Shown one piece after another: positions 25,841 through 38,744 of a DNA stretch of 64,000 bases. The notes below the pieces were generated by a model. The model had not been told where the DNA came from and did not search any database. It saw nothing but the letters and a program-made list of their open reading frames with translations. This DNA is from Heptranchias perlo (Eukaryota): assembly GCF_035084215.1 (NCBI RefSeq), contig NC_090344.1, positions 39,680,001-39,744,000 of the forward strand, in the 5' to 3' direction. A program made the translations under genes and the position numbers. Numbering within the stretch: position 1 is the first letter of the stretch; every line of letters begins with the position of its first letter.

Positions 25841-28194
25841 AAAACTAATGAGTGCAGAATTTATGAATAATCCAAATTGTTCAAATCGAATTTTCAGGTA
25901 TGTTATATACACTTATTTATAACTAATGGCACTGCCATGGTATTGTTCATGGCTAGTCTGGGGTCTGGAGTAAGGATGCGATGTTTAGCTGTTAACCTGT
26001 CCCTTGCTCAAATACTTCCTGGAGGGAAGTTGTCCAAATAGGCGACTCAGGTGATTGTAGCAGCTTGTAAGCTCCTGAGGTCAATCGGGGGAATTGTAAC
26101 TACTTGTAAATTTCAGGCTGCGGGTCAGAGGAGCCCATCATGAAATGAATGGCTTTTTTAAAAAAAAGATTGTTTTTGCATCTATGAAACCTGGGGTGTG
26201 ATGGAATTGCATGAGATGCAAGACTTTTTATATATGTGTAATAAGATAGATTTTCAGACCATTCCACTCCAGTATCTCTGTGTTGTGCGTGCCACTCCAG
26301 GCTCCTCTGCCTAATATTTGCTCTATTTCGAAAGCTGAGCTGATAGAATTGTGTTGAGTTGTATACTGAAACGTTTGTATTGAGGAACTACAGAGAGTCA
26401 CATTGCCAGCCCCAGCACTATCTGACATCCGATTATCATTTCAGATTCCTTTCTCTGAACACCATAGTTCAGTACCAGCTATAAATCAGTCTGGCTGGTG
26501 AATTGTACAGAGGGACATTGTGAAACCAAGTGCCCATTGTTGAGGAGACCTTTGTTGGTTATTAACTGTATTGAAGATAGGAGAGTTAAAGAATAATTAA
26601 AGATTCACCCAAGATTTTTCAAGGTTGTTAATGTTAACGGCAAGAGTTGCTGCCTCCCTGTCAGATGGCATTTTTACTTTGCACTCAACACGGCATTCGA
26701 TTTCAGGAGAGTGACCCTCAGGCAGAGCTCTCCCACCTTTTCTCTCGGAGTGCGGAGCTGGTCTCTGTCTGGACACTGGGCTCTGCTGTTGAGACAGAGA
26801 CCCAGAAATCGAACGCTCAGGACTGCCTGCTTGCGTTCAATTGACTTGAAGATGGCAGGATCACTGACCCATGTTTTCCTGGCTCTGCGATGCTGTCTTT
26901 TCCTGGAACCTGGGCCTGTTAACTCTACGGAGTGCTTCCGATAGAGGGAGAGCCGCACCTCTGTAATCAGCTGCACTCCTCCAGTGTATAAGCAGGCACG
27001 AGCTTCTGGGCAGAGTTGAACTGGCTAGACAGCAGTGTTAAGCAATCGTTTCCCATTTCCCTCATCTCCTCTCCTGAGGGAAAAGTTTTGCAGATTTATA
27101 GCCTTTAAAAATGTATAAATATTTAATATAACAGGGGAGTCCTCTGCATTAAAGATGTACATCCTAACTGCTCTTTCTGAACTTACTGTTGCCACCCAGC
27201 TGTAATTCAGTTTTAACCAGGGGGACAGAGGATGATCTGTGCACTGTGTATTTGCTGTTGTTAAAAATAAGGATTGTTGATGACCTTGTGAGATCAATCC
27301 TCGAGTAAGCCCTATCTTCAACAACAACTTGCATTTACATAGCGCCCTTAACCTAGTAATTTGTTGCCATTGGGAAGTTGCGAGTGCAGCTTTCTAACAC
27401 CGTTTATCAACCGGTGTCGTGATGGTACCGTTGACACAACATAAACATCAGCGCATTTCTGCACCCGAATTAAACAGTCAGTTTTACGGTGACTAAGTCA
27501 AATTCTGTTTGTATGATTGGATTCTGGGATTTTTGCTGCTTTTGAGATCACATTCCGTTATTCCGTCTATAAACCCTAAATCACCGGCTTTGAAAATGGT
27601 CCTTCTGGAGTCCTGAACCACCCCAAGCACTGACGAACCTTCTCCCCAACGCCCCCCCACCCCCGCCACCACCCACAGATTGGTTATGATATTACCACCA
27701 TGATTGCCTGAAGCCTTTCCTTTATGTTTGGAGCACCAAGTGTTAATAACAGGCTCCTCTTCAGAGTATCCTGCCCAATTAAGTGTCCTGCTTCACTTTG
27801 TCACCTTGCCTGTTGTTTGTGCGACTTGAAGGAGCAGGAGGCAGCATTGCCACCTACTGGACACGTTGACACATTACACCCGAGAAACTATCAATGGGCA
27901 GCTGCACTGATTCCAAATGCCTGACTCAAATCCTGCAAAATAAAATCCCTGTCACAAAAACTGTCAACCGCTCCCCTTTTTTTGCGTGATTCAAGAATGT
28001 TTTCACCGTGACAGTATTAAAGTAACTTTAGTCGGTGAGTACAATCTAGTGACATGTGAGTGAGTTGTACAAGGGCATCTGTTGAATGGGGTTTATATTC
28101 TCACAGTGCCATTCTCTCTAAACTGCGTGAAGCGGTAATCCATTAAAGTGAGATTCTGCTCATTTTGAATGAATAGAGCTAAGCCAGTTAAAAA

Positions 28195-28585
28195 GTAAAT
28201 TCAAGAAACGGCTCTCCACGCAAAGGGAGGATGTGAAATGCACTGCCCCAGAAGAGCAGCGATGCAGAATTAGTTGGGGTGTTTAAAAGTGGGGATAGGT
28301 GCTCTGAGGAGCAAGGATATGAGGGAAGAGTGAGATTAGAATTAAAGAGGTGAACGGTTGCCATGGATAACGCAATGGAGGAGGAGACTCAACGGGCTGA
28401 GTGGCCGACTCCTGTTCCTACATCAATTAAGAACATAAGAACTAGGAGCAGCAGTAGGCCATACGCCATGCTCCGCCATTCAATAAGATCATGGCTGATC
28501 TTCGTTCTCAACTCCACGTTCCTGTCTGATCCCCATATCCCTTGATTCCCCTAGAGTCCAAAAATCTATCCATCTCAGCCTTCCA
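28195..28585. mobile_element. Two CR1 3' fragments tail to tail (old + copy about 28195-28420; - copy about 28428-28585)
   Basis: gggctgagtggccgactcctgttcct, then taagaacataaga...ctccgccattcaataagatcatggctgatc. Confidence 0.65.
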
Positions 28586-29127
28586 TATTAAGGACATCAT
28601 TCTGCATTAGTTGGATGAAGTATCCATGTTGTTTGTCAGTCGTGACACCTGCTGCTGTACATGGCAACGTGTCAGATTATTTAAGAGGGACACAAATATT
28701 TATAACCTGTGAGTCATTACGATGAAGATCTTGGATTGCGACAGTGCTCCCGCTGATTATAGCATCTCAACTCCTTGATCAATAGATCAGTGAGAGTGAA
28801 AATAGAGCGATTTATTGTCATCTGAATCTTGAAACGTGATTGATTTTCTGCTGCAATCGCTTTCTCCTGTCAGCGGCATCTCCATCACTGCTTTCCTACT
28901 GCAGGTCCTGTGCAGGTATATTTAACTTAAAAAGGAAGGAAATTCTGCAGGGAAGTATTTTCTGTTCCAAGTATTCTGCCGATTTCTTTTGGTTTATAGA
29001 CTGCATCATCTTTGTCGCAGTTTCCACCATGAGAAAAGCACACACTTCGGTGTCCAGTATCCGCCCATTGAAATATTCCAGTCCAATATTTTATTATCTA
29101 ACCTGATTGCTTGTCTGATGATAACAT

Positions 29128-32100
29128 GGATTTATGGGCCTCCTGCTGGGGCCATGGGTTTATGGGCTGGGGCCCTGGGTTTATAGACCTCCTGCTGGGG
29201 CCCTGGGTTTATGGACCTCCTATTGGGGCCCTGGGTTTATGGGCCTCCTGTTGGGGCCATGGGTTTATGGGCTGGGGCCCTGGGTTTATAGACCTCCTGC
29301 TGGGGCCCTGGGTTTATGGGCCTCCTACTGGGGCCCTGGGTTTATGGGCCTCCTATTGGGGCCCTGGGTTTATGGGCCTCCTGTTGGGGCCCTGGGTTTA
29401 TAGGCCTCCTGCTTGGGTCCTGGGTTTATGGGCCTCCTACTGGGGCCCTGGGTTTATGGGCCTCCTACTGGGGCCCTGGGTTTATGGGCCTCCTACCCGG
29501 GGCCCTAGATTTATGGGCCTCCTGCTGGTGCTGTGGGTTTATGGGTCTCCTGCTGATGCTGTGGGTTTATGAGTCTCCTGCTGGTGCTGTGGGTTTATGA
29601 GTCCCTTGCTGGTGCTGTGGGTTTATGGGTCTTCTGCTGATGCTGTGGGTTTATGGACTGTCTGCTGATGCTGTGGGTTTATGGACTGTCTGCTGGTGCT
29701 GTGGGTTTATGGGCCTCCTGCTGGTGCTGTGGGTTTATGGGTCTCCTGCTGGTGCTGTGGGTTTATGGGTCTCCTGCTGATGCTGTGGGTTTATGGGCCT
29801 TCTGGTGCTGTGGGTTTATAGACTGCCTGCTGGTGCTGTGGGTTTATGGGCCTCCTGCTGGTGCTGTGGGTTTATAGACTGCCTGCTGGTGCTGTGGGTT
29901 TATGGGCCTCCTGCTGGTGCTGTGGGTTTATGGGCCTTCTGCTGGTGCTTTAGGTTTATGGACTGTCTGCTGGTGCTGTGGGTTTATGGGCCTCCTGCTG
30001 GTGCTGTGGGTTTATGGACTGCCTGCTGGTGCTGTGGAGTTATGGGTCTCCTGCTGGTGCTATGGGTTTATGGGCCTTCTGCTGGTGCTGTGGGTTTATG
30101 GGCCTCCTGCTGGTGCTGTGGGTCTATGGGCCTTCTGCTGGTGCTGTGGGTTTATGGGTCTCCTGCTGGTGCTGTGGGTTTATGGGCCTTCTGCTGGTGC
30201 TGTGGGTTTATGGGTCTCCTGCTAGTGCTGTGGGTTTATGGGTCTCCTGCTGGTGCTATGGGTTCATGGGTCTCCTGCTGGTGCTGTGGGTTTATGGACT
30301 GCCTGCTGGTGCTGTGGCTTTATGGGTCTCCTGCTGGTGCTGTGGGTTTATGGACCTTCTGCTGGTGCTATGGGTTTATGGACTGTCTGCTGGTGCTGTG
30401 GGTTTATGGGTCTCCTGCTGGTGCTGTGGGTTTATGGGTCTTCTGCTGGTGCTGTGGGTTTATGGACTGCCTGCCGGTGCTGTGGGATTATGGACTGCCT
30501 GCTGGTACTGTGGGTTTATGGGTCTCCTGCTGGTGCTGTGGGTTTATGGGTCTCCTGCTGGTGCTGTGGGTTTATGGGCCTCCTGCTGGTGCTGTGGGTT
30601 TATGGGCCTCCACCTGGTGCTATGGGTTTATGGGTCTCCTGCTGTTGCTGTGGATTTATGGGTCTCCTGCTGGTGCTGTGGGTTTATGGGTCTCCTGCTG
30701 CGCTGTGGGTTTATGGACTGCCTGCTGTGCTGTGGGTTTATGGACTGCCTGCTGGTGCTGTGGGATTATGGACTGCCTGCTGGTACTGTGGGTTTATGGG
30801 TCTCCTGCTGGTGCTGTGGGTTTATGGGTCTCCTGCTGGTGCTGTGGGTTTATGGGCCTCCTGCTGGTGCTGTGGGTTTATGGGCCTCCTGCTGGTGCTG
30901 TGGGTTTATGGGCCTCCTGCTGGTGCTGTGGGTTTATGGGCCTCCTCCTGGTGCTGTGGGTTTATGGACTGCCTGCTGGTGCTGTGGGTTTATGGGTCTC
31001 CTGCTGATGCTGTGGGTTTATGGGTCTCCTGCTGGTGCTGTGGGTTAATGGGCCTCCTCCTGGTGCTGTGGGTTTATGGGTCTCCTGCTGGTGCTGTGGG
31101 TTTATGGGCCTCCTGCTGGTGCTGTGGGTTTATAGACTGCCTGCTGGTGCTGTGGGTTTATGGGTCTCCTGCTGATGCTGTGGGTTTACGGGTCTCCTGC
31201 TGGTGCTGTGGGTTTATGGACTGCCTGCTGGTGCTGTGGGATTGTGGACTGCCTGCTGGTACTGTGGGTTTATGGGTCTCCTGCTGGTGCTGTGGGTTTA
31301 TGGGCCTTCTGCTGGTGCTGTGGGTTTATGGGCCTCCTGCTGGTGCTGTGGGTTTATGGGCCTCCTCCTGGTGCTGTGGGTTTATGGGTCTCCTGCTGGT
31401 GCTGTGGATTTATGGGTCTCCTGCTGGTGCTGTGGGTTTATGGGTCTCCTGCTGGTGCTGTGGCTTTATGGGCCTCCTGCTGGTGCTGTGGCTTTATGGG
31501 CCTTCTGCTGGTGCTGTGGGTTTATGGGTCTCCTGCTGGTGCTGTGGCTTTATGGGTCTCCTGCTGGTGCTGTGGGTTTATGGGTCTCCTGCTGGTGCTG
31601 TGGGTTTATGGGTCTCCTGCTGGTGCTGTGGATTTATGGGTCTCCTGCTGGTGCTGTGGGTTTATGGGCCTCCTGCTGGTGCTGTGGGTTTATGGACTGC
31701 CTGCTGGTACTGTGGGTTTATGGGTCTCCTGCTGGTGCTGTGGATTTATGGGTCTCCTGCTGGTGCTGTGGGTTTATGGGTCTCCTGCTGCGCTGTGGGT
31801 TTATGGACTGCCTGCTGTGCTGTGGGTTTATGGACTGCCTACTGGTGCTGTGGGTTTATGGGTCTCCTGCTGGTGCTGTGGGTTTATGGGTCTCCTGCTG
31901 GTGCTGTGGGTTAATGGGCCTTCTGCTGGTGCTGTGGCTTTATGGGCCTTCTGCTGGTGCTGTGGGTTTATGGGCCTCCTGCTGGTGCTGTGGGTTTATG
32001 GGCCTCCTGCTGGTGCTGTGGCTTTATGGGCCTTCTGCTGGTGCTGTGGGTTTATGGGTCTCCTGCTGGTGCTGTGGCTTTATGGGTCTCCTGCTGGTGC

Positions 32101-34580
32101 TGTGGGTTTATGGGTCTCCTGCTGGTGCTGTGGGTTTATGGGTCTCCTGCTGGTGCTGTGGATTTATGGGTCTCCTGCTGGTGCTGTGGGTTTATGGGCC
32201 TCCTGCTGGTGCTGTGGGTTTATGGACTGCCTGCTGGTACTGTGGGTTTATGGGTCTCCTGCTGTTGCTGTGGATTTATGGGTCTCCTGCTGGTGCTGTG
32301 GGTTTATGGGTCTCCTGCTGCGCTGTGGGTTTATGGACTGCCTGCTGTGCTGTGGGTTTATGGACTGCCTACTGGTGCTGTGGGATTATGGACTGCCTGC
32401 TGGTACTGTGGGTTTATGGGTCTCCTGCTGGTGCTGTGGGTTTATGGGTCTCCTGGTGCTGTGGGTTTATGGGCCTCCTGCTGGTGCTGTGGGTTTATGG
32501 GCCTCCTGCTGGTGCTGTGGGTTTATGGGCCTCCTGCTGGTGCTGTGGGTTTATGGGCCTCCTCCTGGTGCTGTGGGTTTATGGACTGCCTGCTGGTGCT
32601 GTGGGTTTATGGGTCTCCTGCTGATGCTGTGGGTTTATGGGTCTCCTGCTGGTGCTGTGGGTTAATGGGCCTCCTCCTGGTGCTGTGGGTTTATGGGTCT
32701 CCTGCTGGTGCTGTGGGTTTATGGGCCTCCTGCTGGTGCTGTGGGTTTATAGACTGCCTGCTGGTGCTGTGGGTTTATGGGTCTCCTGCTGATGCTGTGG
32801 GTTTACGGGTCTCCTGCTGGTGCTGTGGGTTTATGGACTGCCTGCTGGTGCTGTGGGATTGTGGACTGCCTGCTGGTACTGTGGGTTTATGGGTCTCCTG
32901 CTGGTGCTGTGGGTTTATGGGCCTTCTGCTGGTGCTGTGGGTTTATGGGCCTCCTGCTGGTGCTGTGGGTTTATGGGCCTCCTCCTGGTGCTGTGGGTTT
33001 ATGGGTCTCCTGCTGGTGCTGTGGATTTATGGGTCTCCTGCTGGTGCTGTGGGTTTATGGGTCTCCTGCTGGTGCTGTGGCTTTATGGGCCTCCTGCTGG
33101 TGCTGTGGCTTTATGGGCCTTCTGCTGGTGCTGTGGGTTTATGGGTCTCCTGCTGGTGCTGTGGCTTTATGGGTCTCCTGCTGGTGCTGTGGGTTTATGG
33201 GTCTCCTGCTGGTGCTGTGGGTTTATGGGTCTCCTGCTGGTGCTGTGGATTTATGGGTCTCCTGCTGGTGCTGTGGGTTTATGGGCCTCCTGCTGGTGCT
33301 GTGGGTTTATGGACTGCCTGCTGGTACTGTGGGTTTATGGGTCTCCTGCTGGTGCTGTGGATTTATGGGTCTCCTGCTGGTGCTGTGGGTTTATGGGTCT
33401 CCTGCTGCGCTGTGGGTTTATGGACTGCCTGCTGTGCTGTGGGTTTATGGACTGCCTACTGGTGCTGTGGGTTTATGGGTCTCCTGCTGGTGCTGTGGGT
33501 TTATGGGTCTCCTGCTGGTGCTGTGGGTTTATGGGTCTCCTGCTGGTGCTGTGGGTTAATGGGCCTTCTGCTGGTGCTGTGGCTTTATGGGCCTTCTGCT
33601 GGTGCTGTGGGTTTATGGGCCTCCTGCTGGTGCTGTGGGTTTATGGGCCTCCTGCTGGTGCTGTGGCTTTATGGGCCTCCTGCTGGTGCTGTGGCTTTAT
33701 GGGCCTTCTGCTGGTGCTGTGGGTTTATGGGTCTCCTGCTGGTGCTGTGGCTTTATGGGTCTCCTGCTGGTGCTGTGGGTTTATGGGTCTCCTGCTGGTG
33801 CTGTGGGTTTATGGGTCTCCTGCTGGTGCTGTGGATTTATGGGTCTCCTGCTGGTGCTGTGGGTTTATGGGCCTCCTGCTGGTGCTGTGGGTTTATGGAC
33901 TGCCTGCTGGTACTGTGGGTTTATGGGTCTCCTGCTGGTGCTGTGGATTTATGGGTCTCCTGCTGGTGCTGTGGGTTTATGGGTCTCCTGCTGCGCTGTG
34001 GGTTTATGGACTGCCTGCTGTGCTGTGGGTTTATGGACTGCCTACTGGTGCTGTGGGTTTATGGGTCTCCTGCTGGTGCTGTGGGTTTATGGGTCTCCTG
34101 CTGGTGCTGTGGGTTAATGGGCCTTCTGCTGGTGCTGTGGGTTTATGGGCCTTCTGCTGGTGCTGTTGGTTTATGGGCCTCCTGCTGGTGCTGTGGGTTT
34201 ATGGGCCTCCTGCTGGTGCTGTGGCTTTATGGGCCTTCTGCTGGTGCTGTGGGTTTATGGGTCTCCTGCTGGTGCTGTGGCTTTATGGGTCTCCTGCTGG
34301 TGCTGTGGGTTTATGGGTCTCCTGCTGGTGCTGTGGGTTTATGGGTCTCCTGCTGGTGCTGTGGATTTATGGGTCTCCTGCTGGTTCTGTGGGTTTATGG
34401 GCCTTCTGCTGGTGCTGTGGGTTTATGGGCCTCCTGCTGGTGCTGTGGGTTTATGGGCCTCCTGCTGGTGCTGTGGATTTATGGGTCTCCTGCTGGTGCT
34501 GTGGGTTTATGGGCCTTCTGCTTGTGCTGTGGGTTTATGGGCCTCCTGCTGGTGCTTTGGTTTATGGGCCTCCTGCTGGT
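29128..34580. repeat. 28-bp minisatellite/satellite array (about 5.4 kb, roughly 190-195 units)
   Basis: Consensus CTGGTGCTGTGGGTTTATGGG(T/C)CTCCTG. Three units (84 bp) give the 28-aa period MGLLLVLWVYGSPAGAVGLWVSCWCCGF seen in all three + frames. Confidence 0.98.
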
Positions 34581-34639
34581 TTAACAGATTTGCTTGTTGT
34601 CTATTTAAAAAACTACCTGTTTTTTTCTCCCTTTACTTC

Positions 34640-34800
34640 CATGAACTTTGCGTTCCTCCAACTTTGGCTTCTTGTCCATCCCCCACTTCCTTCGCTCCAC
34701 CGTTGGCGGCCGTGCCTTCAGCTGCCTAGTCCCTAAGCTCTGGAATTCCTTCCCTAAACCTCTCCGCCTTTTCACCTCTCTCTCCTCCTTAATGCGCCCC
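34640..34800 (+). mobile_element. L2 3' fragment
   Basis: cgttcctccaactttggc...ttggcggccgtgccttcagctgcctagtccctaagctctggaattccttccctaaacctctccgc. Confidence 0.7.
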
Positions 34801-34957
34801 TTTGACCGTGTAATACTCAAGTGAGGCCCAAAGCCGAAATTGGTTCAGGCCTCCCGACTGTGACCTGGAGCGGCCACCGTTAGCGCATCGCAGTCTTCAA
34901 GCCCGTTTTGGGCCTAAGTTGAAAGTTCCATCCCCCACCCCCCTCAATCATTTTTCA

Positions 34958-35375
34958 GTCTGGGGTTGTTTTCTTTGGAACAGAAGAGGCTGAGGGGAGA
35001 TTTCGTTGAGGTGTATAAAATTATGAGGGGCCTAGATAGAGTGGATGGGAAGGACCCATTTCCCTTAGCAGAGAGGTCAATAAGCAGGGGGTATAGATTT
35101 AAAGTAATTGGTAGAAGGATTAGAGGGGAGCTGAGGAGAATTTTTTTTCACCCAGAGGGTGCTGGAGGTCTGGAGCCTACTGCCGGAAACGGTGATAGAG
35201 ACAGAAACCCTCATTGCATTTAAAAAGTACTTGGATGTGCACTTGAAGTGCTGTAACCTATAAGGCAACAGACCAAGAGCTGTAAAGTGGGATTAGGCTG
35301 GATAATTCTTTTTTTGGCCGGTACAGAAATGATGGGCCGAATGGCCTCCTTCTGTGCTGCAGATCTCTATGATTT
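34958..35375 (+). mobile_element. CR1 3' fragment
   Basis: FSLEQKRLRGDFVEVYKIMRGLDRVD, followed by the 3'UTR gatgggccgaatggcctccttctgtgctg. Confidence 0.88.
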
Positions 35376-35704
35376 TCTGATTCTATGGTACCTGCTGAGA
35401 GCTGGCAGATCTGACTTAAAAGGGCCAAAACTGCAAGGTTCTTTCTCCCCCGCCGGAGCAGTATACTGTCCGCTGAGCCTCGCCGTCCAGCCAGGGAACA
35501 TGAAAGCACTGAGCATGTGCGTAAATCCCATTTTAAAACTTGAATGATGTTTGGTGGAAATGAAATAGAGCTCACTTAGAAATCGTGCTGCAGCTGTGTG
35601 AATCGGAAGTGATGTGACGCTCGCTTCTGGCTGTGGTCTAAAAGTCGGCATCTAAGTTCCATTTGGGTGCCTTGGCACCAGAGTTTTGTATTGGCGCAAT
35701 GCCC

Positions 35705-36040
35705 AATTTTTGGGTGACGCTGGCAAGGCCACATTTGCTGCCCATCCCTAGTTGCCACCTGAGAAGGTGGTGACAGCTTTTCTCCTTGAAGCAATTGTTT
35801 TCACATTGTACATCTAAGTGTGGGACTAGTCACACCAGATTAGGGGTGGCAGGTTCCCTTCTCAGAAGGACACTGGTCAACCAGTTGGGTTTTTATGACA
35901 AATTGGCAGCTTTCATGGTCATTTTCCCTGGTGCCAGCCACAAACTGCCAAGCTTGTTGAATTCCAATTTCGCAACTTGCCACTGTGCGATTGGAACTTA
36001 TAACCTCAGGCTTGCTGGTCCTGGACCATAACCACTGGAC
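35705..36040 (-). mobile_element. tRNA-head SINE (family C), degenerate
   Basis: Reverse complement of the 44505-44907 element. Similar copies at about 36770-37000, 56852-57247 and 10870-11025 plus 13053-13215. Confidence 0.65.
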
Positions 36041-36115
36041 TAAATGGTGCGCCTTGACCCAGAATGTGCAGTATAACATTCCTGCAAAAAAGCAGGCCCC
36101 CTTATTAGGCCATAC

Positions 36116-36330
36116 CTCCAGTGTCTCTGAGCGCCTGGTGAATAAAGTCGGCCGCAGGGTTAAAGTGGACGTTCTTGTCAACCGCGGGTGAATCGTGCAC
36201 TTCGACCCCATAGTCGGCAATATCCATCCCTCGGTAATACTCCACTCCTCCCCTCCACTTGCTGCGCGAAGCCTTCACTACGTAGGTAATCCCTAACCTC
36301 ACCAGCTCACTTTTGTCAGAGGCTATATCC
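36116..36330 (-). pseudogene. DUSP26: DUSP26-like middle exon (215 bp, frame open, both splice sites canonical)
   Basis: tgtgtttcag|G GAT ATA GCC ... ACT GGA G|gtatgg. The peptide matches DUSP26 DMANNRRELRRLGITHVLNASHSRWRG...[32 protein letters not shown] and includes the general-acid Asp (HDSP). It lies within ORF 36105..36350. Confidence 0.92.
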
Positions 36331-37184
36331 CTGAAACACAGATAATGCACATTTTAATTATAATTCCCCAAAATGGAACTTGAAGTTGAATTAACAGCTC
36401 AGAGGAGCAGTGCTGAAATATCGCACATTGATGGCTCCACCGGAGAGCAAGTTCAGCCCACGCACAGTGCTGCTTTCTAATTAATTTCTACAGCATTAAT
36501 TTATGTTAGAAGCGTGCTGTTTCATTTGTAGTTTCTTCTAACTGGTGCACTCCAGACGTTCTAAGGTGACTGTACAGCCTTTATCTTTCAGTTCACCTCA
36601 TTAATCGCCTCTGAAGTGCAATAAGGGAGGCCTCAGAACAGCCTGTGGATAATCAAACCTGGATTGGGGCTTCAGTCAGTCTTCCCTTCACACCGTTCAT
36701 TGTGTGAAGGTTTTGGTTTTCCAAATGAGGTGTCCAATTGTCAGCTCACTAATTTTCTTTTTATTTGTTCTTGGGATGTGTGCAAAACTGCTTACCAAAG
36801 CAGCATTGCTTACCCATCCCTGGTTTCCCTAAGGGCACTTAAGAGTCAGCCAGTTGTGTTTTTACAACAAGCTTTCGTGGTCATTTTTTTTCCTGTTGCA
36901 AATTTCCAGGTTCATTGAATTTAATTTCACAATTTGCCATGGTGGAGTTTGAACTTGTGACCTGTGCGTTGCTGGTCCAGTGCCATAACCCCTACACTAG
37001 CTTTGGTCTTGGTAATCTGTTTTGCAGATGACTTAACAGTAAGAGGGATTTGCTCAGGGATTGCTACTGCAGTGTGTTAGAGCCACGTTGCGCGTCGTCA
37101 TTGGAGGGTAGAACGCAGCTCGGTGCCTGAGATGTCTCATTCCCCAAGTGCTTCATCTTAACCATGTCATCATCAGGCAGTGAT

Positions 37185-37445
37185 GAACATAAGGAAATGA
37201 CGGGCAGGAAAAGACCAGCTGGTCCATCAAGCCTGCCCCACATTCATGATGGCTGGAACATCATGATTAGACATTTCCTACCTCCTCACCCCTGCCCCCT
37301 GCCTCCCCCCCCCACCCCCCAGCCCCAGCCCCAGCCATGTAATCCCCTGGGAGAGGCAAAAAAAACCTAGAAAAACCCAGGGCCAATAAGGGAAAAGGTA
37401 CACTGGAAAATTCATCTCCGACCCCCTCAAGCGACCGAAACCGGT
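37185..37445 (-). mobile_element. CR1-type 3'UTR fragment of a distinct subfamily
   Basis: gaacataaggaaat...caggaaaagaccagctggtccatcaagcctgcccca...ggaaaattcatctccgacccc. Confidence 0.5.
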
Positions 37446-38744
37446 TCGGTGCATCATGTTATCTGTAAAACCACATATATATGTCCAAATGGTACCACAA
37501 AAAGCTAATGGGGAGGTCCTTCTTTGCCCGGTTTTCATGAAGCTGCCGAATTGTTGCTGGAGTACAGTTCTATGGGCAGTGACTGCCCTCGGCAAGCTCA
37601 GCCAAGTTGTGAGTCTAGACAGTGAGTATTGGCAGGCTGTTATACCTTGGGAAAACACCATGCTCAAGCCTGATCCTGACTCCACACATGTACTTTCCAG
37701 TAGTAGGAGCCCTGGCTGATTGTCCCTTAAACCTAAGCCAGGTGTGCTGAGGCCAATTGTAGTGGCCCCGACTCGTGCCTTGGCTGAGATCAGTTAGCTC
37801 ATCACAAGCCAGGGAGCGAACCTGGGCCCTTCCTCATCTGTATCCCTCAGTAACATTGAGGGTAGAGCATTTACTCATTGACCCATTTCAGCACAAATTA
37901 AATAGTAGTTGTATTTTTTACTCGTAAATATTCTGAAACAATGAGACTCCTGCTTTTAGGATGACTCGGTGGTTTCATATAATTCGGATTGCTTGCCAAA
38001 CTGCCCCAGTGAAATGTATACCAGCGCAGGAAAGAGTGTGCACAGTGTTGCGTGAAATACATCAATACAGCATGCTAACCATTTGTGGACTGTGAAGTCA
38101 GTTTCTTTTGTCTTGACAGAATGCTTGTACAGTAACTCCCCAATTTAAAATTGTGAAAGACAGCTTCCCCCCCCACAGCTCAATTGTGCTAAACACACTA
38201 TCCAGTGAGAAACTGAGCTGCACAGCACATGAAGACCCCACTTTGTAATGAGTTATCTGGTCTCCTCTGGGACGGTGGCTGGGTTGCTACAATTGACCTC
38301 AGCAATAGGCTTAGGAAGGAGGGGAAAAAATAATCAGGCAGGGTTCCCGATCCTGATCGCTGCCCATCGACTTCTGCTGCAAAGGGTGTGTGTAGGCGTC
38401 AGCAGAGGATAGGAATGGACTTGGCTGCAGTGCCTGCCCCTGTCCAAACAGCCGGTGGAGACACAGTCAAGGCTCACCGATGAAAGATACTGGAGGACAG
38501 CCAGCAGCACTGCAGCTGTACTCCAGTGCCTCCACAGAAGTGGAGAAGAAAATTGAAGGAAGGCAGAACTGGTCTAAAGAATCATAGAAATCAAAAATTC
38601 CAGCCTTCAACAATTTTCTCTCCTCCCATCCTGCAGGCATTGATTCCATGCTGGGATATGGTCCATGGACAATCCTGCTCCCCATCCGTGATCGTACTGT
38701 AATGTAAAAGGGGGCATCAGTTTCCTAATTCTTTGTCCAGTCGT

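Noticed and set aside
29128-34580. CRISPR array
   Set aside because: Units are head-to-tail with no unique spacers, there are no cas genes, and the context is eukaryotic.
29111-34736. Long ORFs (up to 880 aa) as genuine genes
   Set aside because: They are translations of a 28-bp tandem repeat; the same peptide appears in all three frames, with no unique domain.
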